From positions 1 to 31,920 of the IMG/VR virus record IMGVR_UViG_3300025697_000091: 31,920 nucleotides of DNA. One strand, written 5' to 3'. This DNA is from a virus. Taxonomy: Duplodnaviria; Caudoviricetes. The position numbers and the translations under genes were made by a program. A model generated the notes under the pieces. It was not told the DNA's origin, ran no database searches, and was given only the letters and a program-made list of their open reading frames with translations. Below, piece after piece: positions 1-8,257 of the stretch (position 1 is the stretch's first letter; each line of letters starts with the position of its first letter).

Positions 1-76
1 AGTCTTTGAAAATATATAACACTATAGACTTAATGTATGGACATATTATTTAACATCTTACCTAAAGGGAAAAACA

Positions 77-349
77 ATGAATTTACCAAGTTTTGAAGGT
101 TACGGGAATTATAGTGATGAATTAGGCAATATCCGGGCTTTGAAGTTTAGTATGGCTGGAGTTGACGTGTATTACAGCTATAAAACGCCGGTGGCGTTCC
201 GTCAAAATGGCTTGTTAGTTATTCGAGAGAATGATTGGGGACCGACAACCGAGAAACACCTAAACGCCATAGACAGTGGCGATAAAAAGAACCGCTTGCC
301 CGGCGATGTCTTTGAATCTGCCTTATCTCTAGTTATGGCGGGGCTATAA
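77..349 (+). CDS. hypothetical phage protein (90 aa)
   Basis: ATG preceded by AAAGGGA; first of a tight run of + strand ORFs; no recognised motif. Confidence 0.75.
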   Translation: MNLPSFEGYGNYSDELGNIRALKFSMAGVDVYYSYKTPVAFRQNGLLVIRENDWGPTTEKHLNAIDSGDKKNRLPGDVFESALSLVMAGL

Positions 350-350
350 C

Positions 351-443
351 ATGAAAATCCTAGCCTACATCCTAGCCTATGGCATTTGGGGCACAATCTT
401 TATAGCTGGAATAGTTTATCAATTACACAAAGAAAAGAGGTGA
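351..443 (+). CDS. small single-pass membrane peptide (30 aa, MKILAYILAYGIWGTIFIAGIVYQLHKEKR)
   Basis: Read manually, below ORF-track cutoff; ATG 1 nt after the previous stop; hydrophobic core with basic tail; weak RBS. Confidence 0.5.
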   Translation: MKILAYILAYGIWGTIFIAGIVYQLHKEKR

Positions 444-449
444 TAGCCT

Positions 450-493
450 ACCCCTTGGATCGTAACCGGGATCGAATCCGGCAAGGGGTTTTT
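450..493 (+). terminator. branched hairpin followed by T-run; possible terminator or processing site
   Basis: ACCCCTTG (450-457) pairs with CAAGGGGT (482-489); inner CCGG-gatcgaat-CCGG; TTTTT at 489-493. Confidence 0.45.
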
Positions 494-527
494 GTAACGA
501 ATAACCACTAATGAAAGGATTAAGACA

Positions 528-803
528 ATGGAAAAACAATTCTCAGTAAAGGCGTGCCGATGGTTTGACAAGTATTGGGGTAATACCTATCACTCTGTAA
601 GGTGTACTAGACACTCAGACGGCGCAGAGGTAGCCCACGAGTTGACCTATGGATACGATGAGCATTATCGCCAGACAGCTATTGAGATAATGCAAAAAGC
701 TGGCTGGCTGCCTAGTGACTACAATGACAGAACCTCTCACAATATACTATGGGAAGTCTCAGACGGTAAAAAAAGAGACTGTAAAGCCAATGGCAAACTA
801 TAA
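528..803 (+). CDS. hypothetical phage protein (91 aa)
   Basis: RBS GAAAGGA upstream; clean ORF in operon context. Confidence 0.8.
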   Translation: MEKQFSVKACRWFDKYWGNTYHSVRCTRHSDGAEVAHELTYGYDEHYRQTAIEIMQKAGWLPSDYNDRTSHNILWEVSDGKKRDCKANGKL

Positions 804-815
804 GGAGCAATTACA

Positions 816-1094
816 ATGGAACATATGAGAACAAAAGCAAAAGAAGTACGGCGTGCAATAGGTGAAGTCGTGCTTAATATGATTGAGCATGAACCGGACT
901 CACTCCTGGTCAAGCATTGTATCCAACTGGATACTAAAGTCTGGCTTATGATTATGGGCGCGATAACTACTGAGATCGAGCGAATTATAAGTCGGGACGG
1001 GATGACAGCAGAGGCAAAGATTGCCAATATCAATGCTTTCTACGAAGCTGCCGAGTTCATCCATGATTCGGTACTGGGGGTGGAAATTGAATAA
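816..1094 (+). CDS. hypothetical phage protein (92 aa)
   Basis: RBS AAGGAG upstream; stop overlaps the probable recombinase start. Confidence 0.75.
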   Translation: MEHMRTKAKEVRRAIGEVVLNMIEHEPDSLLVKHCIQLDTKVWLMIMGAITTEIERIISRDGMTAEAKIANINAFYEAAEFIHDSVLGVEIE

Positions 1095-1824
1095 AACAGC
1101 AATATACATGCGGGTTAGTACGGGCCATCAGAGTACAGCCAGTCAGCGACCAGACATAGAACGTTGGTTAGAGCTATCACATATACACCCAGAAGACCAG
1201 ATTTGGCTTGAGGATACCGCCTCCGGGCGTTCGCGTACAGGTAGGCCACAATACTACGATTTAGAACGATTAGTCTCAGGAGGCAATATAGAGCGTGTGG
1301 TGGTCTGGCGTGTTGATCGGTTGGGCAGGTCAATGATTGAGGCTTGCAAGTTCTTCCAGTTGTGCAAGGATAACCAGGTCAACATCATATCCGTATCTGA
1401 GGGCATAGATAACTCAACAGAGCTGGGCGAGCTGATAACTAACATTATGGCCTCATTCGCTCAATATGAGGCTGATATGAGGGCCGAGAGGATTCGGGCC
1501 GGTATCTCTGCTGCCCGGCGATCTAACTGCCCAGAGTGTAAGGCTAAGTGTAAGCCTACCCCCGACCCCAGGCAGAAGCATCCTAAAGAGTTCCATTATA
1601 AGTGCAAGACATGCCAGCATGAGTGGACTGGTAAGAAGTGGGGCGGCTCTCGTAAGGGCCGGAGGACTAAGCTGACCGATGCCCATGTTAAGGCTATCAA
1701 TAGTCTGGCCATGAATGGTATGAAGGCTCCGACCATAGCTAAGACCCAGAGCATCAGCATATCCACAGTCTATCGAGCCTTACGTATGCTTGGTCATTTA
1801 CCAGAGGTGAGTCGGGCCATATAA
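1087..1824 (+). CDS. small serine recombinase (resolvase/invertase family) with inserted Zn-ribbon and C-terminal HTH
   Basis: YMRVST catalytic Ser motif, RPQY, VVVWRVDRLGRS, helix E (ASFAQYEADMRAERIRAG), HTH ending ISISTVYRAL; probable TTG start at 1087 after GGGGTGGA. Confidence 0.93.
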   Translation: MNKTAIYMRVSTGHQSTASQRPDIERWLELSHIHPEDQIWLEDTASGRSRTGRPQYYDLERLVSGGNIERVVVWRVDRLGRSMIEACKFFQLCKDNQVNIISVSEGIDNSTELGELITNIMASFAQYEADMRAERIRAGISAARRSNCPECKAKCKPTPDPRQKHPKEFHYKCKTCQHEWTGKKWGGSRKGRRTKLTDAHVKAINSLAMNGMKAPTIAKTQSISISTVYRALRMLGHLPEVSRAI

Positions 1825-2498
1825 TCTACAGCCATCTCGTAGTCGTGCTGGGTGTCTATGTTAATTGAATCGCCCTGCTGCTGGACAACACAACGGCGAT
1901 CTGTGCCCCAGAAGGCGTGCGGGTCGTCGCTTGTGTTTGCTTCCATCAACACCTCTGTCTTAACTACTGCTGCTGCTCCATCTACGTAGTAGTACTTAGG
2001 TAGTTCCTGCCTGCGATATACCTGGTTATAGATTAGCTTGTGAATCTGGTCGTCCTTGTTCTTAGTGTGCATGAAGAATGGATGCTGCTCAGATACCTCT
2101 GTAACAGTCTGGACTGAATCACAACCAGTCTCTTTGATCTTATCAATACACGCCTTGAGTATGCCCGGCTTGCGTACTACATTCGGGTACAGTAGGGCCA
2201 CATATTCGTATGAGTCGGGCTTGAGCCTTTCTACGGCATGTCTCAACACCATGTCAATTGAGGTATCGTCTTGGCATAGACATTCGGGTCTGGCTATAGT
2301 TTTCAGTCCATATGTTGCGATTGAGTTATCATATTTAGCCCATAATGTAATATTCGTTGTTAATGCCACATCGCATCCAGTTCGTGACCCATACAACACG
2401 GTATGGGCAACTAGTGATAAGCCACCAATCTTCATCATATTCTTATTCTCCAGCCCCTTGCTACCTGCTCTTGCTGGTATTATTACTACTGTATCCAT
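1794..2498 (-). CDS. neuA: acylneuraminate (CMP-nonulosonic acid) cytidylyltransferase, NeuA/PseF/LegF family
   Basis: IIPARAGSKGLENKN signature, RRQELPKYYYVDGA, SINIDTQHDY; start reassigned to ATG 2498 with GGAGA RBS; sugar specificity not determinable. Confidence 0.9.
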   Translation of the reverse strand: MDTVVIIPARAGSKGLENKNMMKIGGLSLVAHTVLYGSRTGCDVALTTNITLWAKYDNSIATYGLKTIARPECLCQDDTSIDMVLRHAVERLKPDSYEYVALLYPNVVRKPGILKACIDKIKETGCDSVQTVTEVSEQHPFFMHTKNKDDQIHKLIYNQVYRRQELPKYYYVDGAAAVVKTEVLMEANTSDDPHAFWGTDRRCVVQQQGDSINIDTQHDYEMAVDYMARLTSGK

Positions 2499-2502
2499 GT
2501 TC

Positions 2503-3888
2503 TTAATCTCCCAAATTAAATCCATGCTGTCTGCGGTGTTCCTTATCTTTATCACTGAACCCCTTGAAGTTGGGGCCGTACAATTCAGCTATCTGTTCTT
2601 GAGTCATATATGGCTTAACCTTCTTATTGACTGTTTGAATCATGCCGTCATGCGTCTGTATTATCGCGTCATTAACACACCATTGGTCTAAACTAGGAAC
2701 ATTAGTTGGCCACGCAAGGTTTATTAAAAAATTGTTGCAATCCCCGCTATCACACAATGCGCCAAGATACGCTTCTTCGCTTACGAACGCTGCCCTAATA
2801 AGACCAAGTACCTGTTCGTATAGTTGTGTACCCGGATATGGTGTCGCATACATCAGTGAGGTCAGTGGTATCTGATTATCTATGCAGAAGTTTTGAGTCT
2901 CCATTAGAGTGTCTGGATTCTCACCTGGGTATCCGAAGATGAACGAGGTCGGGCATAGCATACCTGCCTCTCTTGTGTCCTTGATGGCTTGTGCAGCCTG
3001 TGCTGCTGTCTGTTTCTTGCCCATTAACTTGAGCATCTTATTACTACCTGACTCAATGCCATAGCTCACTGATACACATCCCGATGCTTTCATCTCTTTG
3101 AGCATATCGAGGTCGCAGATACCCACCCGGCCAGTGCATGACCATTTGAGGTCAGAAAAATGCACTCTTATTATCGAACATATATCATAGACCCTTTGCT
3201 TGTTTATAACAAAGCAGTCGTCCTGAAAGGAAACAAAGTCTATTAGATAGTTTTTTCTAAGGCGGGAAATCTCGCATCCCACAGTAGATGCAGATTTACT
3301 CACCCACTTAGTCCCACTCAGTCTATAGCAAAACCTGCAATCGTAAGGACATCCTTTGGACGTTATCATATCCATATCCCTGCCAAAACCAACAACGGGA
3401 TTAGACAAGTACACCTTCATCGGAAATAGATAGTATGGTGTGTATGCAGGATGGTCAAAGTTGAATTCCTCTGGGGGTGATATATCTATCCCAAACACTT
3501 CCCGAAGAATCTTATCTTCACCTTCACCAGTAATTAGAAAGTCATGCGGTATATTCCTCTCCACGATCTTTGTACACGCAGTAGCAAGTCCGCCACCCAG
3601 TACAATCTTAGCATCAGGCAGTGCATTCTTAATCAGCGGGACCATTCTCTTCTGCCATGTGTACGTAGTTACCATACCACCGATACCGATATACTTCGGT
3701 GACTGCTTCTTTAGTTCTTCAATCACCATATCATCAGGCATACGCAGAGCGTTAGCATCTATCACACCAACATCTATATGAGCGTCTATTAATACAGCAG
3801 CTATGCTTCCCAGTCCATGTGGAAAGTTACGCGGTTTATCTTGCAATCTCACAGGAGGGTTTATTAGTGTTATGTCTTTACAGGTCAT
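2503..3888 (-). CDS. cobalamin-binding radical SAM protein (class B methyltransferase-like)
   Basis: N-terminal B12-binding-type domain (PHGLGSIAAVL, KIVLGG, ITGEGE), TSKGCPYDCRFC CxxxCxxC, FQDDCF, YGIESGS, FIFGYPGE, TPYPGT; likely start 3888. Confidence 0.92.
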   Translation of the reverse strand: MTCKDITLINPPVRLQDKPRNFPHGLGSIAAVLIDAHIDVGVIDANALRMPDDMVIEELKKQSPKYIGIGGMVTTYTWQKRMVPLIKNALPDAKIVLGGGLATACTKIVERNIPHDFLITGEGEDKILREVFGIDISPPEEFNFDHPAYTPYYLFPMKVYLSNPVVGFGRDMDMITSKGCPYDCRFCYRLSGTKWVSKSASTVGCEISRLRKNYLIDFVSFQDDCFVINKQRVYDICSIIRVHFSDLKWSCTGRVGICDLDMLKEMKASGCVSVSYGIESGSNKMLKLMGKKQTAAQAAQAIKDTREAGMLCPTSFIFGYPGENPDTLMETQNFCIDNQIPLTSLMYATPYPGTQLYEQVLGLIRAAFVSEEAYLGALCDSGDCNNFLINLAWPTNVPSLDQWCVNDAIIQTHDGMIQTVNKKVKPYMTQEQIAELYGPNFKGFSDKDKEHRRQHGFNLGD

Positions 3889-4123
3889 TTTTAGCCTCAT
3901 CTTTCTTGTCTTGCTCTTCAAGCCAGTCGCATATAGACATAATAGAAGTTTCACCTATCCCTCTTATCGACCATACCTTCCCGGTCAATACCATTTGTCG
4001 CAATTGATCCACATCCAGTACTCCGTCTTTTATGAGTCCTGCTTGCTTGAGGTGTTTATCAATATGATGGCCTATATTCTTACCGCAAAGCTTACTCTGT
4101 TTGAAATATTTCAAACGGTCCAT
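3878..4123 (-). CDS. small helix-hairpin-helix protein resembling RNA polymerase alpha C-terminal domain
   Basis: LKQAGL...VDQL...IRGIGETSIMSICDWL matches the HhH pattern; ATG 4123 has GGAGA RBS. Confidence 0.55.
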   Translation of the reverse strand: MDRLKYFKQSKLCGKNIGHHIDKHLKQAGLIKDGVLDVDQLRQMVLTGKVWSIRGIGETSIMSICDWLEEQDKKDEAKNDL

Positions 4124-4127
4124 CTTC

Positions 4128-4427
4128 TTAATCTCCACAAAAGTGTTTGATATTTTTACCATCCATTAGACCTCTTTTAATTATCTCCTGGATACGGGTT
4201 CGGGCAGCGGCTATCTTCAGGTCGCCCATCTCGATTAGTAACCTCTCGGTTGTAGCTAATGCCTTACGTGCAGCTACAGCGACCTCTTGAGTAGCGGCAA
4301 GCTCTGTCTGTAATTTACCCACTGTCTCTTCATGCTTCTTGTGTGACTTAATCAAGTCAGAGTGCTTCTTCTCTTGTCTTTCCAATGCCCCGATCAACGC
4401 TTCTCTTGTTTTGTATTGTGGTTTCAT
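4128..4427 (-). CDS. hypothetical coiled-coil protein (99 aa)
   Basis: RBS AAGGAGA; heptad-like helical composition. Confidence 0.75.
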   Translation of the reverse strand: MKPQYKTREALIGALERQEKKHSDLIKSHKKHEETVGKLQTELAATQEVAVAARKALATTERLLIEMGDLKIAAARTRIQEIIKRGLMDGKNIKHFCGD

Positions 4428-4437
4428 ATCTATCTCC

Positions 4438-6222
4438 TTACAAAGTTTTATTCTTTAGGCCGTCACGCATTTCACTGATTATCTCATACATCTTCTCCGC
4501 TGAGTTCTGGATGTTTGATATATATCGCAAGTCACGACTGAATCGATGTTCCTTAATCTTATGCTTATCCCATTTATCTTCATGTCGCTTGCATATAGTA
4601 TCTTCCCACCGCTTGATAAACTCTGCGATACCAGAAAAGCTCTCAATACGGGGAGCAAGGTGCATAAGCTCGTCCAGCGTCTTCTTCTCCTTAATAATGA
4701 TTGCCCTGGCTTTATTCCATAAGACCTCATCCTCAAACTTCCCTTCCAGCATTGTGTAAGCGTTCAAAATCTTCTTATGAGATATGATGAATCTATCCAA
4801 TTCACCCAGATATTTATCTATATGCTCAAATACATCATTCATGTCCATCTTCTGTTCCACTAAGTCCGGGAACGATAGCTCTCCACTGTTGCGGTATGTC
4901 TCAATAGCTTTATCCAAATCCATCTCTTCACAGTGGGCCTTCTTAACACTCTTGGGATGGGAACAATCGACGACAGTACCATCGAAGTTTCTCCACATCA
5001 TTTCGAACTGCTTCAGGTAACTCACCATCTGCTCATCAGAATACACAGGGTCACCCTCTTTATTCTTACACACTCTCAGCATCCGATGTTGTGGTGATGT
5101 CATTAGCCTTGACGGTTCTTTCCACTTGTGATGCTCATATACAGCCTCAGCGTAATACTTCTCATCTGGGAACGATAGGTCGTTACCAATCATAATGATC
5201 TTCTCTGCACCCAGCCACGCAGCAACCTGGAAGCTCAGGTGTGCTACCGTAGAACAGCCACCGATATAATCATCTCTCTTTAGCCCGCACAACTCATTGA
5301 GCCATCCATCAGAGAAGAAGCACAACTTACCACCCATCTTCTGGATATTCTTAATGACCACTGGATTAACCTTCGGGTCCATCAGGAATACCGTACCTTC
5401 ACACTGCTCCAGCGTTACATCATCGAGAAACCGTCCTGATATTTCATGGTAATCCAGTGCAGTAACGTATGCGGGCTTAATACCATGAGCTAGTAGCGGC
5501 TTCAACATAGTTAAGCATGTCACGAATGGCGGCAACTCGCTGAGTTGATTCAGTCCGGGCAGAACATCGTCAACACTTGGGCCTGCCGCCACCGTGACAA
5601 GCGTGGCACTCTTTTCTTTTACGCAATCTTTTAGATTCTCAATCGTTGGGTTATGGAGGTAGAAGTAGCTGTTACCCAAGATATTATCCGCTGTTACCTT
5701 GCTATTGGTCATCTGGGTGAGCATGAGAGTCTTCTGTGCATCTGCATAGTCCATGACAACGCGGGCAGCAGCAGACCAGAACGCATTGTCATAGTTCCAT
5801 ACAGGTTTGACTATCTTAACACCACGACTCAATCTATCCACACTCAACTGCAACCGGATAACTATCTCACTTGGCTTCTCCGTATCAATCAGGATGATCT
5901 TATTCATTAAGATGGCCATTGATATATCTATCCGTCCCAGTGCGTATTTCAGAATAGACGGGGACTTCTCCAGTAGGATGATTACCTCGTCGTCCGATGT
6001 CTTATCAATCAGCTTCTCAAGGAATACGCCGTCTGAGATACCTGGTAAGATATAAACCCAAGGGTCGTCGTTCACTACATCCATCACATCGGGGTAGATT
6101 GTACCGGATGGAAGTTTCTTACGCTTTTTTGCATTAAGCAACTTCTCGCGGATGTCTTCACCTATCACATCCCAGTTAGATTGTAGAATCTTTGTTCGTC
6201 GCTCGCGCTTTGGGTTACTCAT
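4438..6222 (-). CDS. Maf / DUF115 (MptE-like) family protein, putative nonulosonic-acid glycosyltransferase
   Basis: 594 aa; N-terminal ILLEKS..ILKYAL..ID region, central VAAGPSVD, LKPLLAHGIKPAYVTALD, GCSTVAHLSFQVAAWLGAEKIIMIGNDLSF; helical C-terminus; neuA nearby. Confidence 0.82.
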   Translation of the reverse strand: MSNPKRERRTKILQSNWDVIGEDIREKLLNAKKRKKLPSGTIYPDVMDVVNDDPWVYILPGISDGVFLEKLIDKTSDDEVIILLEKSPSILKYALGRIDISMAILMNKIILIDTEKPSEIVIRLQLSVDRLSRGVKIVKPVWNYDNAFWSAAARVVMDYADAQKTLMLTQMTNSKVTADNILGNSYFYLHNPTIENLKDCVKEKSATLVTVAAGPSVDDVLPGLNQLSELPPFVTCLTMLKPLLAHGIKPAYVTALDYHEISGRFLDDVTLEQCEGTVFLMDPKVNPVVIKNIQKMGGKLCFFSDGWLNELCGLKRDDYIGGCSTVAHLSFQVAAWLGAEKIIMIGNDLSFPDEKYYAEAVYEHHKWKEPSRLMTSPQHRMLRVCKNKEGDPVYSDEQMVSYLKQFEMMWRNFDGTVVDCSHPKSVKKAHCEEMDLDKAIETYRNSGELSFPDLVEQKMDMNDVFEHIDKYLGELDRFIISHKKILNAYTMLEGKFEDEVLWNKARAIIIKEKKTLDELMHLAPRIESFSGIAEFIKRWEDTICKRHEDKWDKHKIKEHRFSRDLRYISNIQNSAEKMYEIISEMRDGLKNKTL

Positions 6223-6455
6223 CTTTTGCCCTCTACGTAAATGTGCTTAATCTTTCTTTTCGATCTAAAACAATTACGAAACACCAGCTCTTTCCATAAT
6301 GTTTCCATTATTTCTCCAAATACATATCCTTGGCTCTCATATATCAAACACAACGCATGAAGCTCCTTTCTTTCTTTTCGCAACTTAAACCACGTTACAA
6401 AGGGGATGATGCTCTCCTCAACAACCACAGTCGGCCATATAACTTGCTCATTCAT
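6219..6455 (-). CDS. hypothetical protein
   Basis: GGAG RBS before ATG 6455; stop overlaps start of the Maf gene (ATGA); start uncertain. Confidence 0.55.
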   Translation of the reverse strand: MNEQVIWPTVVVEESIIPFVTWFKLRKERKELHALCLIYESQGYVFGEIMETLWKELVFRNCFRSKRKIKHIYVEGKR

Positions 6456-6489
6456 AACTTCTCCACTGTTATCTCTATTCTTGCATACA

Positions 6490-7488
6490 TTATCCATTGA
6501 TAAGGTCAATCGAATGTTGGAGATGTATTCCTATACTGGCATACACCTCTTTATTTTGGGCAGATTCAAAGACGTATTTAGTTTGCAGAACCTTCAGGTC
6601 GGAGATTAGGTCTTTTACTTTGGCAGCATCGCCCTTATTCAGCTCAGTCTGGACCCTCTCGGCCTCAGCTACCCTTGCCTTGCGTTCAGCTTCCTCTTTA
6701 GCTTTTAACTCAGCTTCTACTTTCTCTCTGGCTTCACGCGCTATCTTTAATGCGGCTTCATTGGCCTCATGCACCTTGCGTTCTTTTTCTTCACGTATCT
6801 TACATTTAGCAGCATCAGCCTTAACCCTTTCAGCCTCTTCAATCTTGGCTACGTGGTCTTTTTCTTCTGCCTCTTTTTTCAATCGTTCGTTTTCTTCCCT
6901 GATACGCTTTTGTTCTTGGGCTTCGGCCTTTTCTTTGGCTACCCTCTCGGCTTCCGCCACTCGCTCTGCCTCTAGCATGTCATTGTGTTCTTTTTTCTTG
7001 GTGTTATAGTAGGCTAACCAAACATCATTTTCCATGCCGGATAAGTTAAGGTCGTGAGCATTTTCTATATACGGCAACAACTTATCGGCTCGCTCGGTCT
7101 GCAATGCGGCTACTCGTTTTTGCTCCTGTATTACAAAGTGATCTTCGATATCCTTGAGCTTATTCTCTTTGTCAACTACCGCCCATTTCAAAATATTACT
7201 CACACCGTCTATTGCTTTACCGGCCCGTAAGTATTCCTCTTTTTGTGTCTTCCGGGCCTTCTCAGTAGCAATCCGAATCTTGCTAATATCAAGTCTTAGC
7301 CGTTTAGCTTTGACTATTACCACTGGCGTAATCTCTTTTTCAGACTCCGTTATCACCTCGTTAAAAACACTTTCAAGCTCCGTAAGCATTACAGCCATTG
7401 GTTCAAACGTGGCTTTAATTTGCTCGGCCTTTGAAGACTCGATCGTCTGTAATTCCGGTGAATCCAATTTGATAATCTCGTTACTCAT
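6490..7488 (-). CDS. phage coiled-coil protein, Glu/Lys/Ala-rich (332 aa)
   Basis: Long ORF translationally coupled to rusA (ATGA overlap); charged helical C-terminal half. Confidence 0.8.
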   Translation of the reverse strand: MSNEIIKLDSPELQTIESSKAEQIKATFEPMAVMLTELESVFNEVITESEKEITPVVIVKAKRLRLDISKIRIATEKARKTQKEEYLRAGKAIDGVSNILKWAVVDKENKLKDIEDHFVIQEQKRVAALQTERADKLLPYIENAHDLNLSGMENDVWLAYYNTKKKEHNDMLEAERVAEAERVAKEKAEAQEQKRIREENERLKKEAEEKDHVAKIEEAERVKADAAKCKIREEKERKVHEANEAALKIAREAREKVEAELKAKEEAERKARVAEAERVQTELNKGDAAKVKDLISDLKVLQTKYVFESAQNKEVYASIGIHLQHSIDLING

Positions 7489-7916
7489 AATTCAATCCTT
7501 TCAATAGTTATTTCAATTCTTGGTCTGTCACTATACTTCTTCTGTATCACACCATCACAGATAATCCGGTCGTCAGACCAGAAGATACCGTTCAGTGCGT
7601 CACATACAAACTTCTCCACGTTATCGCGGTCTGGGTTCTTATCATGCCACATCGGGGCATTTGGTTTCAACTCGTCACTATGCTTGCCAGTACGAAAATG
7701 GCTCCGTGGCCGGGGAAAAAACAGCAAAAGGTCAACTCTAAGTGGCCCCGACCACGGAACTGAGGGCTTATACTCCATACATTTAGCAAGAAAATCCTGC
7801 TTATCACCCTTGCTTGGGTCATACTGACCGACAAAATCACCCCTGCGGAACGTCCGATGTCGCTTTAACGATTGCGGGCTACCGGGTACGGTGAAGGTGA
7901 TGATGTCTTTAGTCAT
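7485..7916 (-). CDS. rusA: RusA family Holliday junction resolvase
   Basis: FTVPGSP, FFPRP, PDRDNVEKFVCDALNGIFWSDDRII catalytic Asp/Lys motif, KKYSDRPRIEITI. Confidence 0.93.
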   Translation of the reverse strand: MTKDIITFTVPGSPQSLKRHRTFRRGDFVGQYDPSKGDKQDFLAKCMEYKPSVPWSGPLRVDLLLFFPRPRSHFRTGKHSDELKPNAPMWHDKNPDRDNVEKFVCDALNGIFWSDDRIICDGVIQKKYSDRPRIEITIERIEL

Positions 7917-8250
7917 CTTTCACTCCCGCCAATTCCTCGGCAGTCATATTCTCGTCTTCACCCTTGTCAGGTGTGTCATCTTGGTTAGCCTGATCGAACA
8001 AAGGCTCTTCCCTACCCAGGGCCACAATCTGCTCCATCAGAAACTCCACAGCAGCCTCGTATTCTTGCTTGGCTGTTTTGTATTGGTCATGCTTCGTCTT
8101 CATAAGCAACTGCTTCTGGTGGACACCCTGCTGTAACTCCACTATCGTGTTGAAAGCAGTGGCCCGAATATCCAAATCTTCATACACTCCAGCTTCAACT
8201 TCCACAGATACCACAACTTTTTCTACTTCTTTTTTCTTCTTAGCCATCAT
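7909..8250 (-). CDS. hypothetical protein with acidic C-terminus
   Basis: AAGGAG RBS before ATG 8250; fits between rep and rusA. Confidence 0.75.
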   Translation of the reverse strand: MMAKKKKEVEKVVVSVEVEAGVYEDLDIRATAFNTIVELQQGVHQKQLLMKTKHDQYKTAKQEYEAAVEFLMEQIVALGREEPLFDQANQDDTPDKGEDENMTAEELAGVKDD

Positions 8251-8257
8251 TGTCTCC

